A stretch of 64,000 nt of DNA, taken from the NCBI GenBank assembly GCA_017991415.1, contig JAGOQR010000002.1, forward strand, positions 17,026-81,025, read 5' to 3'. A program made the position numbers and the translations under genes. Below the pieces are notes generated by a model. It saw nothing but the letters and a program-made list of their open reading frames with translations. It did not search any database and was not told where the DNA came from. The stretch's first letter is position 1. Each line of letters opens with the position of its first letter. Below, piece after piece: positions 8,988 to 18,809 of the stretch. Source of the stretch: Candidatus Magasanikiibacteriota bacterium. Its GTDB lineage: Bacteria > Patescibacteriota > Patescibacteriia > Magasanikbacterales > GWA2-37-8.

Positions 8988-9587
8988 ATGCGTACCACGC
9001 TCACGATCACGACGACCATGGCACTGCTGATGCTCATCCTGGGCTGCAGCTCCACCAACGTCAAGCGCGCAACCACCGCCAAGTCGGCCAAGGTGACCGC
9101 CACGACGAAGACGGAGTCCAAGGAGGCGAGGAAGAAGTCGAGCGACAAGAGCGCCGAGGTCAAGAAGAAGTCGAGCAGCAGCGGCACGGTCATCGGCTAC
9201 TCGACGAAGTCGGACTACATCGTGCGGGTCTCGGGACAGAAGAACCCCGAGGTCATCCAGTTCTTGCGGCGGCTGGAGAACCAGTGCAGCTGCCCCGACG
9301 ACCTGATCACCCAGCGCATCAAGCCCACGAAGACGACTGGCAACGACGTCAGTGCGTTCAAGCTGTCGCTCTCGCCAGGAATGGGGGCGCACATCGTCTT
9401 CCAGGTGATGGTCGACGACCCCAACAACAGCGAGAACAGGGTCTACCTAAGTGAGCAAGACTGGCCGTCAATCACAGCGTTTGACGGCACCATCGACTCC
9501 CTGCGAGAAGTCGGCGTGTGGAGGAGTGGCTCCTACGGCGGCAAGGGGCGGGGGCTGTTCAAGATCGAGGAGCTCATCGTCGAGTAG
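8988..9587 (+). CDS. lipoprotein of foreign (high-GC) origin, function unknown
   Basis: Lipobox LILGC after a hydrophobic signal peptide. Almost every codon ends in G or C (roughly 60% GC by eye) against a roughly 35% GC host. SD-like GAGG 7 nt upstream. Confidence 0.55.
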   Translation: MRTTLTITTTMALLMLILGCSSTNVKRATTAKSAKVTATTKTESKEARKKSSDKSAEVKKKSSSSGTVIGYSTKSDYIVRVSGQKNPEVIQFLRRLENQCSCPDDLITQRIKPTKTTGNDVSAFKLSLSPGMGAHIVFQVMVDDPNNSENRVYLSEQDWPSITAFDGTIDSLREVGVWRSGSYGGKGRGLFKIEELIVE

Positions 9588-9646
9588 AAGCGCGTGCTTC
9601 TGCAGGATGCCAGGAAGGGCAAGGACGCGGAGCCTTGTCCCGTGTT

Positions 9647-9682
9647 GTAACTATAATTTGTATATATACAAATTATAGTTAC
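9647..9682. repeat. 36-bp perfect palindrome gtaactataatttgtata|tatacaaattatagttac at the right edge of GC-rich island 1
   Basis: Perfect inverted repeat with no spacer. Half-site AATTTGTATA resembles the 5124-5244 palindromes. Confidence 0.5.
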
Positions 9683-9704
9683 CGGGATAAGGATACTAAA
9701 ATTT

Positions 9705-9737
9705 AAAACAGCCCCGATACTATCGGGGCTGTTTTAT
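9705..9737. terminator. bidirectional rho-independent terminator (aaaacagccccgata-c-tatcggggctgtttt)
   Basis: Perfect GC-rich stem with an A-run on one side and a T-run on the other. Lies between the lipoprotein gene (+) and the tRNA genes (-). Confidence 0.6.
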
Positions 9738-9741
9738 TATG

Positions 9742-9815
9742 TAGGCGCTTAGGGATTCGAACCCTAGACCTCCTCGGTGTAAACGAGGCGCTCTAACCAA
9801 CTGAGCTAAACGCCC
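9742..9815 (-). tRNA. tRNA-Val (anticodon TAC)
   Basis: Minus-strand cloverleaf GGGCGTT-TA-GCTCAGTTGGTTAGAGC-G-CCTCG-TTTACAC-CGAGG-AGGTC-TAGGGTTCGAATCCCTA-AGCGCCT-A. Anticodon loop TT-TAC-AC. Confidence 0.7.
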
Positions 9816-9878
9816 GATTTATCGATATAATCCACAAAGCAGTTGTCTTAAATTGCTTATTTAAGAAAATTACTTTCG

Positions 9879-9951
9879 TGGGTCGGCTGGGGATCGAACC
9901 CAGGACCACTGCCTTAAAAGGGCATTGCTCTACCAGCTGAGCTACCGACCC
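9879..9951 (-). tRNA. tRNA-Lys (anticodon TTT)
   Basis: Minus-strand cloverleaf GGGTCGG-TA-GCTCAGCTGGTAGAGC...CTTTTAA...CTGGGTTCGATCCCCAG-CCGACCC-A. Perfect 7-bp acceptor stem. Confidence 0.7.
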
Positions 9952-10014
9952 AAATTTTGAATAAATACGTATATGACTTTACGGACTTAATTCTATACTA
10001 ATTTAAAAAAATAA

Positions 10015-11088
10015 TCAAGAGCTAATACTTTTTATAATCTCTACTATCTTGAGGGGGTTGGCTGGGGGCAAAACTGTATGCAAACGGTCAGCTAAATACT
10101 CTCTTGTTTCGGGTAATTCTATCATATCTGCCACAATTCTGGCCAACTTAAGACCACTATCAGTTCTTTCATCCAAAACTATAGCTGCCTTATTTTCTAC
10201 CAATAATTTAGTATTTACTTCTTGATGAGTCCCAGACATCGGAATAAGGATTGCTGCTTTGCCCAAAGCAGCAAGCTCTGTAATTGTACCAAAACCAGCG
10301 CGAGCAATAACTACATCGGCAATAGCATACACATCTCGGATGCCAGATTTTAAAAATTGATAGACATGATAATTAGGAAATACTTTGGTTGCATTTTCTT
10401 GTAATTGTTTAGGTCTTTCTTTACCTACTAAATGAATAACATGCCAATTTCGCGGCCAAGCTGGTAACGCCTCAATAACTAATTTGTTTATGGTAGATGA
10501 GCCCGTACCACCTCCCATAGCCAAAATTATTGGCGCACCTTCTGGAATATTAAATTTTTTTCTTGATTCAACTATACTTTGTACCGACAAATCACGCACT
10601 GGATTTCCAATCCACTCTGTCTTATACTCTGGAAAAGCAGATTGACTATCACGCAATGCAGTTGTAATTTTTTTGGCAGTGTATGACATTATTTTGTTTG
10701 CCAAACCAACTTGAGCATCCTGTTGATGAACCCATGCTGGAATTCCCAAAGCAAAAGCAGCCGCATGAAGCGGCACACTTACAAAACCACCAGCAGTAAT
10801 AAGCAAGTCTGGTTTCTTTTGCCATAACAAAAATAAAGATTGAAAAAAACCAAATACTATTTTGAAGATATCAAAGATATTCCACAGAGAAATATAGCGA
10901 CGAAGTTTGCCCGATATAATAGTAAAAAATGGAATATTATACTCGGCAATTAATTCTTTTTCAGGACCACGCTCGGTACCCACCCAAAAAAACACGGCTT
11001 GAGGATCATGTTTTTTATATATTTCTGCTACCGCTAAAAGTGGCACCACTGGCCCTAATGTACCTCCGCCAGAGAACATTATTTTCAT
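10015..11088 (-). CDS. murG: undecaprenyldiphospho-muramoylpentapeptide beta-N-acetylglucosaminyltransferase MurG
   Basis: MKIMFSGGGTLGPVVPLLAV N-terminal G-loop. Conserved MurG C-terminal domain (PMSGTHQEVN...). The track ORF starts at an upstream TTG (11115); the ATG at 11088 is preferred. Confidence 0.8.
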   Translation of the reverse strand: MKIMFSGGGTLGPVVPLLAVAEIYKKHDPQAVFFWVGTERGPEKELIAEYNIPFFTIISGKLRRYISLWNIFDIFKIVFGFFQSLFLLWQKKPDLLITAGGFVSVPLHAAAFALGIPAWVHQQDAQVGLANKIMSYTAKKITTALRDSQSAFPEYKTEWIGNPVRDLSVQSIVESRKKFNIPEGAPIILAMGGGTGSSTINKLVIEALPAWPRNWHVIHLVGKERPKQLQENATKVFPNYHVYQFLKSGIRDVYAIADVVIARAGFGTITELAALGKAAILIPMSGTHQEVNTKLLVENKAAIVLDERTDSGLKLARIVADMIELPETREYLADRLHTVLPPANPLKIVEIIKSISS

Positions 11089-11173
11089 AATCAAAATGAG
11101 TGAGCGAGGCGACAAACTTGCTTAATCACCTCCGAACGAATTAGTTTATATCTTAATATAATCAAGATATTAT

Positions 11174-12364
11174 TTAAGAAAATAATTTACTTTTTTCCAT
11201 TTCCTGCATAAGAACAGTTAACCTGCTAGCAGCAGCACCTAGGTCTAACCGACCATTTTGTTTGGCGCACGATTTAGTCATATCAAATACCAATTCTTGT
11301 AAATCTCTAACAAGCTTCATGCTATCAGGATTAAGATCTTTTCGAACAGAAAGCAGGTAATCTTCTATAATATCTTCTAGGCAACAACCAAACTGGAATA
11401 CTTCTTCGTACGGACTAATTTTAAATTTATTATCCTGATTTTCGTCTAAAATACCTGTACCGTATAAATTATTTTTTTGAAACTTACTTATAGGAGCTTG
11501 TAAACCTCGACCATATTTTCCACCTTTACCAATACGCATATACACTTCCACACCTTTTCTTACCAATCCTTCTAAATCGAAAAGAACTCCCTGTAATTTT
11601 TGACCGTGTTGCTCTACGCCCAAATTAGAGGGGTGGATATCTTGCAGCACTAGTCCATGGCTATCCAAATAAAGAGCTGCGTTTATACAGTCTCTCAACA
11701 CAGAAAGAGCAGGGAGAAATTTTTTTTTGCCCAAAGATTGATTTTCTAAAAAATCACTCAGTGAAACAAAAGATCGTTTTTCATAAATGGCCACGTGATT
11801 TTGCTCATCATACTTGACCATCCGAACAACATTAGGATGTGACGGAAGCTTTAAAAAATCCTTATGAGCAAGCGCAATCTCTTCTCTATATTCTTCATTT
11901 AAATTTTGTTGATCTTTTAAGATTTTCTCAGAACCATTATTAATATCAAAAATGATACTAATATTATTTTTGTCTCGAGGGCTATCCGTTTTTGGTCGCA
12001 CTAAATCGATAATAAAAAGATAAATTGTACTATCAATCTTACCTTTTAACTCTTCAATCAATGCTTTTTTTACCCTATCTACAGTTTTTTGTAAAATTAA
12101 AATATCGTCGTGAGATAATGTTGTATTATTATCTGCAGACACCGCCCGGAAAGACCTTTGGATTTTTTTATCACTCAGCGCATCTATAACAAAGGATATT
12201 TTTTCATCCTTATGCGCTGTTTCTATTTCTGCAAGATGAGAGATAATAGCCTGAGCATACTGTTGAAGTTCGGCGTGAGCAATAACATCATTATTAACTA
12301 ATTTTGCTTCTAAGTCGTCTTTAGGAGAAATGCGCATCTCTGGAGCAAAAGACTCTATTTTCAT
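11174..12364 (-). CDS. hypothetical protein with an atypical protein-kinase-like C-terminal domain
   Basis: HPNVVRM, LVLQDIHPSNLGV (HxD...N catalytic-loop-like) and FDLEGL (DFG-like) motifs. Lies in the dnaG-rpoD operon position. Confidence 0.3.
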   Translation of the reverse strand: MKIESFAPEMRISPKDDLEAKLVNNDVIAHAELQQYAQAIISHLAEIETAHKDEKISFVIDALSDKKIQRSFRAVSADNNTTLSHDDILILQKTVDRVKKALIEELKGKIDSTIYLFIIDLVRPKTDSPRDKNNISIIFDINNGSEKILKDQQNLNEEYREEIALAHKDFLKLPSHPNVVRMVKYDEQNHVAIYEKRSFVSLSDFLENQSLGKKKFLPALSVLRDCINAALYLDSHGLVLQDIHPSNLGVEQHGQKLQGVLFDLEGLVRKGVEVYMRIGKGGKYGRGLQAPISKFQKNNLYGTGILDENQDNKFKISPYEEVFQFGCCLEDIIEDYLLSVRKDLNPDSMKLVRDLQELVFDMTKSCAKQNGRLDLGAAASRLTVLMQEMEKSKLFS

Positions 12365-12366
12365 AA

Positions 12367-13680
12367 TTAATAATCTTTCAACTTACTAATAATATCCATG
12401 TGCTGAATCTTTTCGAGTGCTTTTGCCTCAATCTGACGAATACGTTCACGGGTCACATCAAATTCTTTTCCTACTTCTTCCAAAGTATGCGTTACTCCGT
12501 CGGTAAGACCAAATCTCATTTCCAAAATCTTTTGTTCACGAGGAGAAAGATCTTTAATTGCGTCTTTAACATAATCTTTGAGGATTTGAAGCCCTGCTAC
12601 TCTATCTGGAGACATATTTTTTACATCCTCTACAAAGTCTTGCAACGAAGAATCATCATCGTCATCATCACCAACTGACATTTCGAGCGATACAGTATCT
12701 TGAGAAATTTTAATAATATGATTGATTTTATCTACTTCTTCGCCCATTTCTGCAGCTAATTCTTCTGGAGTTGGATCACGACCCAAATCTTGCAACAACC
12801 GACGCTGAACCTGCTGGAAACGGTTAATAGTTTCCACCATATGCACGGGGATACGAATTGTGCGTGATTGATCGGCCAAGGCACGTGTAATAGCCTGACG
12901 TATCCACCACGTAGCATACGTAGAAAATTTATACCCTTTACGGTAATCAAATTTTTTCACAGCTCTAAACAAGCCTATATTACCTTCTTGGATTAAATCG
13001 AGTAATGATAATGATTTACCAACAAATTTCTTGGCAATTGAAACTACTAATCTTAAATTTGCTTCAATTAGTTTTCTATCTGCTTCTTTATCTCCTCTTT
13101 CTTTACGTTTTGCCAAAGACACCTCTTCGGCTGCTTTTAGCAGCGGTATTTTACCAATTTCTCGCAAATACATCTGAATAGAATCAGAAGAAATCTGCCC
13201 TAAATCAAATGGCGTATCCATATCTGGCTGTGCGCCTTGAAATTGTTTTAACAGCTGCACACTTTCAGTTTTTCGACCAAGCAAATTACCTGTCATTTCT
13301 ACGATAGTCACGCCATTTTTATCTAACAAATCCATAAACCCTTCATATAGATCTAGATATCGTTCTGGCCTCGAAAATACTGCTTCTGCTTCGGTTTGAG
13401 TAATAAAACCACGAGTACGCCCTTTGGCGACCAAAGCCCAGATATCTTTAAGAGTTGGCTCAAGCACTATTTCTTCTGGCTCGACTCGTTTATTTTTTTT
13501 ATTTTTAAAAAAATTATTTTTCTTATTTTGCGCGACATGGTTCTTACCTGTAAATTTTTTCTTTAAAACTTTTACGCTTTTTGATTTTACTAAAACTTTT
13601 TTCTCCCTTTTTTGCTCACGCGTATGTTTAACGCGCAATGGCTTGGAAGCTTTCTTGATTGTACCCTTTTTTTTCACCAT
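12367..13680 (-). CDS. rpoD: RNA polymerase primary sigma factor RpoD (sigma-70) with Lys-rich N-terminal extension
   Basis: Regions 1.2-4 present, including [38 protein letters not shown] and the region-4 [30 protein letters not shown]. Confidence 0.9.
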   Translation of the reverse strand: MVKKKGTIKKASKPLRVKHTREQKREKKVLVKSKSVKVLKKKFTGKNHVAQNKKNNFFKNKKNKRVEPEEIVLEPTLKDIWALVAKGRTRGFITQTEAEAVFSRPERYLDLYEGFMDLLDKNGVTIVEMTGNLLGRKTESVQLLKQFQGAQPDMDTPFDLGQISSDSIQMYLREIGKIPLLKAAEEVSLAKRKERGDKEADRKLIEANLRLVVSIAKKFVGKSLSLLDLIQEGNIGLFRAVKKFDYRKGYKFSTYATWWIRQAITRALADQSRTIRIPVHMVETINRFQQVQRRLLQDLGRDPTPEELAAEMGEEVDKINHIIKISQDTVSLEMSVGDDDDDDSSLQDFVEDVKNMSPDRVAGLQILKDYVKDAIKDLSPREQKILEMRFGLTDGVTHTLEEVGKEFDVTRERIRQIEAKALEKIQHMDIISKLKDY

Positions 13681-13713
13681 AGGGATACTTTATATAAAAT
13701 TAACGTGGATTAT

Positions 13714-15501
13714 TTAACCTAACTCTACTATTTCTTTTAAAATCTTTTGAACCTCTTCTGAATTTTTATCTTTTTCAGCTTCTTTTAACGAATCGTATAA
13801 TGCCTGCCGCCTCTCTTTGTGCCACTCCCCTTTTATGGCACTAAATAAATTGGACAGCTCTTTTATGGCCATCTCTACATCAAAACTACCGTAATCTTTA
13901 TCTATTTTCAGGACTAAAATATCAATGGCAGATCGTTCTTCAGGCGTCAAACCTTGTTTAAAGGCTTCGATATTAACACTCCCATTATAGTGTTTTTTTA
14001 AAGACTCGTAAAGCCCAAGCATAGGGGTACCACTAAAAAATTCTGCCCGTAAATGCGGCATATACTCTGGCACTATCTTGGGAAACTTGAGCAATAATGC
14101 AAAAAAGCTTTCAGACAATGCATGTATTTTACCCTTTTTATCCCAAGTACTCTCTTTTATTTTTACATCTTCAACACTGGCTGCCCTGGTACTATTTGTA
14201 TTATTTTTTGGTACTGCAATTGCAGAAATACGTCGCATTTCTGTCACAAGTGTAGCCCTTTCCACATTTATCTCTTCGGCTAATTTATTAATCCAATGTT
14301 CCCGCTCAACAGCATACGGAATACGAATAATCTCGGACAACAAATTATTAGCAATCTTCTGCTTTTCTTTTGGATCAGTTTTATCAACATCTAAAAAATT
14401 GGCGCTAAAATACCAATCCATTATTTCTTTAGCATCTGCAACTGCTTTAAACCAAACTGCTTTATCTTTTTTCAAACATTCATCTGCATCTTTGCCTGCA
14501 CCAGGTGGAATTTGAATAATCTTTATACTCATCCCTTGCTCAAGAGCCAAATCTATACCGCGTTTTGCCGCGTTTTGACCAGCTGCATCAGCATCAAAAG
14601 CAATGGCAATATTATTAGAATATCTTTTGAGCAGCTTAATCTGCTCAAACGTAAGCGCTGTACCCGAGGAAGCGACTACGTTTTTCATACCTGCCTGATG
14701 ACAGGCTATCACATCCATCTGACCCTCAACCAGCACCACAAAATCCTTAGCTTTAATATCTATTTTTGCCTTATTGAGGCCGTATAAAACCCTGGACTTA
14801 TCATATACAAGTGTCTGTGGCGTATTAACATATTTCCCACCTGACTTCTCCGTTTCAACAAGCACTCGCCCCGTAAAGCCAACCGCATTGCCATGAGCAT
14901 CCCAAATTGGAAACATTATTCTACCGCGAAACCGATCATAAAAACCCCCGCCATCTTTTTTTATAACCAAACCAGAAGCAACCAAATCATCGATATTATT
15001 ACCCTTATTTAAAAGATACTTAGTAAGCAGGTCCCACTGATCAGGAATAAAACCTATCTGCCAATCTACAATCGTTTCGTGAGATAACTCGCGCCTTTTT
15101 AAATAATCCCTTGCTCCAACAGAAGCTGGAATTTCCAACAAAAAATGATGGAAAAAATGAGCGGCCTTATTATTTATTTCAATGATTCTATTTTTTTGAC
15201 TTTTATTAACTTCGTTCGCATATGTATCCAATTTTACCCCTGCTCTCTGCGCCAAAATTTTAAGTGCTTCAGAAAAATCAAGGCCTTCCATTTCCTGCAC
15301 AAAAGAAAAAACATCGCCACCTTTTCCACAACCAAAACAATGCCAAAATTGCTTTTCTGGCTGTACCATAAATGAAGGTGATTTTTCGTTATGAAACGGA
15401 CAATTGGCTTTCCAGTTTATACCAGCTTTTTTAAGCTGTACGTACTCCCCGATAATCTGCACAATGTCCAGCCTATCTTTTATAGCTTGCGTGTCGGTCA
15501 T
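13714..15501 (-). CDS. dnaG: DNA primase DnaG
   Basis: CHC2 zinc finger CPFHNEKSPSFMVQPEKQFWHCFGCGKGGDVFSFV and TOPRIM domain (VVLVEGQMDVIACHQAG...AFDADAAG). Confidence 0.9.
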   Translation of the reverse strand: MTDTQAIKDRLDIVQIIGEYVQLKKAGINWKANCPFHNEKSPSFMVQPEKQFWHCFGCGKGGDVFSFVQEMEGLDFSEALKILAQRAGVKLDTYANEVNKSQKNRIIEINNKAAHFFHHFLLEIPASVGARDYLKRRELSHETIVDWQIGFIPDQWDLLTKYLLNKGNNIDDLVASGLVIKKDGGGFYDRFRGRIMFPIWDAHGNAVGFTGRVLVETEKSGGKYVNTPQTLVYDKSRVLYGLNKAKIDIKAKDFVVLVEGQMDVIACHQAGMKNVVASSGTALTFEQIKLLKRYSNNIAIAFDADAAGQNAAKRGIDLALEQGMSIKIIQIPPGAGKDADECLKKDKAVWFKAVADAKEIMDWYFSANFLDVDKTDPKEKQKIANNLLSEIIRIPYAVEREHWINKLAEEINVERATLVTEMRRISAIAVPKNNTNSTRAASVEDVKIKESTWDKKGKIHALSESFFALLLKFPKIVPEYMPHLRAEFFSGTPMLGLYESLKKHYNGSVNIEAFKQGLTPEERSAIDILVLKIDKDYGSFDVEMAIKELSNLFSAIKGEWHKERRQALYDSLKEAEKDKNSEEVQKILKEIVELG

Positions 15502-15574
15502 ACGTGAATTAAATGAAACACTTATACAAAAATACTACCCTATAAAGGCAATAAAGAAAAGTGCCAGCAATTTT

Positions 15575-16288
15575 CTAACCTTTTGCCTCTAATCGAGCAA
15601 AAATACTTAGGATTTTAGGAGTTTCTGGCGTATCTTTTACAACTCTGCTCAAATAGCTATCAAAATCTTCCCCATCCTGCACATAGCTCGGAAACATACT
15701 CATACGTTCTCTCATAGTCTCCTTATTTAGTTCGGGATGAAACATAAAACCCCAGATTCTCTTACCTGCTACCCTAAAGGCACTCCATGGAACCTTACTT
15801 GATTTAGCCAATGGGATAATATGCGGCGGTAAATCACTTGGCGTATCCTTGTGCCCTAAATGAACCGTAAATTTTTGAGGTAGCTGAGAAAAAATAGGGT
15901 CATCTTCCGCATGTTTAAAAAGCTCGACTTCAAAAGTACCTGTTTCTTGCATAGCTGGATCACACACCACCTTGCCCCCTTGATGCAGAGCCAAAATTTG
16001 CGACCCAAAACAAATACCCATAGTTGGAATATTTTTTTCAACTACTCGATCCAAAAAATTAAAAACTTTGGGAAGCCACGTATTTTCTCCATCTCCTTTT
16101 GATAAATAAAATTGCCCGCTACCACCCAAGATTATTCCAGAAAAATCATCTATCGTAAGAGTGCTCAAATCATCTTCAATGGCATTAAAAAAACTAAAGT
16201 TTGCATCTGAACAAATACTTGTAAAACATTTTTGCGCATGCTCTTTTGAAGCATCTATACTAAATTGAACAACAAGAACTTTATTCAT
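15575..16288 (-). CDS. class I glutamine amidotransferase-like protein
   Basis: GATase1-like motif MGICFGSQILA with catalytic Cys and downstream His (FHPE). Confidence 0.5.
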   Translation of the reverse strand: MNKVLVVQFSIDASKEHAQKCFTSICSDANFSFFNAIEDDLSTLTIDDFSGIILGGSGQFYLSKGDGENTWLPKVFNFLDRVVEKNIPTMGICFGSQILALHQGGKVVCDPAMQETGTFEVELFKHAEDDPIFSQLPQKFTVHLGHKDTPSDLPPHIIPLAKSSKVPWSAFRVAGKRIWGFMFHPELNKETMRERMSMFPSYVQDGEDFDSYLSRVVKDTPETPKILSIFARLEAKG

Positions 16289-16291
16289 ATA

Positions 16292-17557
16292 CTACTCTCT
16301 TCGAAGGGCATCAATTGGATTAAGCTCGGCAGCTTTTTTGGCAGGATAAAGCCCAAATAAAACTCCGATACAAGCAGAAAATCCGACTGATAAAATTATA
16401 GAAAAAACAGGAATACTATATACCCAATTAAAGTTATTTGAAATTGCAATAAAATATACAAGAAGCGCAAGTAATGCGCCAATTATCACGCCGACCACAC
16501 CGCCAATAAAAGTAAGTAAAACAGACTCAAAAAGAAACTGCCACAATATATCCTTTGATCGCGCGCCCAACGCCTTACGCAACCCTATTTCAAAAACTCT
16601 TTCTGAAACAGAAACATACATAATATTCATAATACCAACGCCGCCTACAACCAAAGAGATACAGACTAAGGCTACTAACAAAAATGTTATTCCGCTCACA
16701 ACACTACCGAGAATGGATACTGCCTCTTCCATGGTATTAATTGTGAAATCATCTTTATTCGGATCAGTAATATCATGGTTAGCACGGATTATTTGATTAA
16801 GATCCTCCACAGTTTGTTTTGATAAATTTTTATCTTTCATTTTGGCAATAATGTTTCGCACATAGTCTATACCTAAAACTCTTTTTTGCATGGTCTTAGT
16901 GGGCAAAATAATCATATTATCCATGTCCATACCAAAACTAGCCCCTCGCTTTACTGCAGTGCCAGCGACTCTAAAGGGCTTACCTTTAATATAAATAGTT
17001 TTTCCTGCAGCTGTATCATCACCAAACAATTTTTCTTTTACGCTCGAGCCTAGAACTACTATTTGTGTTAACGAATCCTCTTCTTCTTTGGTAAACATTC
17101 TCCCTTCGGCCAAGCTAAATTTTTCTACCTCAGGCATATTATAGCCTTGACCAACAAGCGTTACCGTTTTTATCTGACCCTGATAAGAAACTACTGCTTG
17201 GCCTATTACCCATCCATACGCCGCCACAATATTTGGATGCTTGCCAACATCTACGGTATCGCTATTTTTTAATGTAGTAATAGTTACTCCACTTGATTGC
17301 CCAATCGCATTTTCTGTTGAAGAACCTTTGGTGCTTGGAATTTTTACCTCAATGCTAAGCGTATCAGAACCAAACACTTCTAGCTGACTCATAATAAATT
17401 TATCCAAACCTCGGCCTGCAGCCAAAATAGTTATCACTACTGCAATACCAATACTAATGCCGAGAATCGTTAAGACAGACCTTGTTTTTTGCGCTAACAA
17501 AGAAGTTATAGCTAACTTAATATTTGTTCTGAGACTATCAAAAAAATAACTATTCAT
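16292..17557 (-). CDS. ABC transporter permease, MacB/FtsX family
   Basis: N-terminal TM helix, large MacB-like extracytoplasmic domain, C-terminal FtsX 3-TM bundle. The ATG at 17557 is preferred over the track TTG at 17572. Confidence 0.7.
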   Translation of the reverse strand: MNSYFFDSLRTNIKLAITSLLAQKTRSVLTILGISIGIAVVITILAAGRGLDKFIMSQLEVFGSDTLSIEVKIPSTKGSSTENAIGQSSGVTITTLKNSDTVDVGKHPNIVAAYGWVIGQAVVSYQGQIKTVTLVGQGYNMPEVEKFSLAEGRMFTKEEEDSLTQIVVLGSSVKEKLFGDDTAAGKTIYIKGKPFRVAGTAVKRGASFGMDMDNMIILPTKTMQKRVLGIDYVRNIIAKMKDKNLSKQTVEDLNQIIRANHDITDPNKDDFTINTMEEAVSILGSVVSGITFLLVALVCISLVVGGVGIMNIMYVSVSERVFEIGLRKALGARSKDILWQFLFESVLLTFIGGVVGVIIGALLALLVYFIAISNNFNWVYSIPVFSIILSVGFSACIGVLFGLYPAKKAAELNPIDALRRE

Positions 17558-18788
17558 ATCGTAGTGCTTCAATTGGGTTTAATTTACTTGCGCGTCTGGC
17601 AGGGACGATACCAAAAACCAAACCAATACTAACACCAACAACACAAGCAGTAAAAATCGATGAAAAAGAAACAACTATGTCCCAATGATACCCTTGACTT
17701 TGCGCTATCTTTCCAGCCACAAACGAAATAAGGGTTCCAAGTAAAATCCCTGCAAGAGCTCCTAAAAAAGTAATCATTACCGTTTCAATTAAAAATTGAG
17801 TGATAATATTACGATTAGTAGCACCAACCGCTTTGCGCAAACCAATCTCTCTTGTTCTTTCTTGTACGGCTGCTAACATAATATTCATAATACCGATACC
17901 ACCTACGATAAGCGAAATAGCAGCAATCGCTGATAAGAAAATTTTGAGCGCATTGGTAATATTGGTAAGTGCATCAAGTCCTTGCGCTGTTGTACGAACT
18001 GAAAAATCGTCCTCTTCAGGATTAGTAATTTTATGTCGTTCACGTAAAACCTGCTTAATATACTCTACTGCCTTATCCACGTTTTCTGCTTTATCTATTT
18101 TTATACGCCCAAAGCTTACATAATCTATCCCGAGTAATAATTTTTGAGCAGTGGTAATCGGAGTATAGACCTGGTTATCTTGATTTTGGAAACCGCTACT
18201 TCCTCTTTCTACCATAACACCGATAACCGTAAACGGTGTTTTTTTAATTCTAATCTGCTTACCAAGCGGATCGGTACCCTCAAACAATTCTTTTGCCACC
18301 TGACTACCAAGCACCACCACCCGAGCAAGACCCTTTTCTTCTTCTTCAGAAAAAAATCTTCCTACTCGCACCTCAGTATCTTCGACATTAGGCAGATCTG
18401 CTGATACACCCACAAAACTAGTATCAGTTTTATTATCACCCCAATTAATTGTTTCTGCACCACGCACATACCCTGTAACAGAAACAATACTAGGAAATTC
18501 AGGCCCTGTAAGAGCTTTCATATCTTCGTATTTAAGGGTGGTTACAACTATTCCCATTGCCGAGGCTGGAGGACCGTTGTCTTCTGATTTTCCTGGTAAG
18601 ACACCAATTAGATTTGAACCAAGACTTGTAACCTGATTTAAAATTAAGCTTTGCGCGCCCGCACCCACTGACATCACCACAATTACAGACATGATTCCAA
18701 TAACAATACCAAGCATCGTCAAAAATGATCGTACTTTATTACGACCAATAATACTTAAAACACTGCGAATTTCTTTTAAAATATTCAT
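17550..18788 (-). CDS. ABC transporter permease, MacB/FtsX family (second, paralogous subunit)
   Basis: Same architecture as the neighbouring permease, with clear similarity in the C-terminal FtsX domain. Confidence 0.7.
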   Translation of the reverse strand: MNILKEIRSVLSIIGRNKVRSFLTMLGIVIGIMSVIVVMSVGAGAQSLILNQVTSLGSNLIGVLPGKSEDNGPPASAMGIVVTTLKYEDMKALTGPEFPSIVSVTGYVRGAETINWGDNKTDTSFVGVSADLPNVEDTEVRVGRFFSEEEEKGLARVVVLGSQVAKELFEGTDPLGKQIRIKKTPFTVIGVMVERGSSGFQNQDNQVYTPITTAQKLLLGIDYVSFGRIKIDKAENVDKAVEYIKQVLRERHKITNPEEDDFSVRTTAQGLDALTNITNALKIFLSAIAAISLIVGGIGIMNIMLAAVQERTREIGLRKAVGATNRNIITQFLIETVMITFLGALAGILLGTLISFVAGKIAQSQGYHWDIVVSFSSIFTACVVGVSIGLVFGIVPARRASKLNPIEALRYE

Positions 18789-18809
18789 AAAATTCTCAGG
18801 TTCTTTCGA

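Noticed and set aside
8898-9706. ORFs 8898..9392 (-), 8984..9193 (-), 9215..9427 (-), 9451..9678 (+) and 9518..9706 (+) overlapping the lipoprotein gene
   Set aside because: These are alternative-frame or antisense ORFs of a high-GC coding region. They give low-complexity Arg/Leu/Gly-rich products with no start context. Only 8988..9587 shows GC3 periodicity, a lipobox and an RBS.
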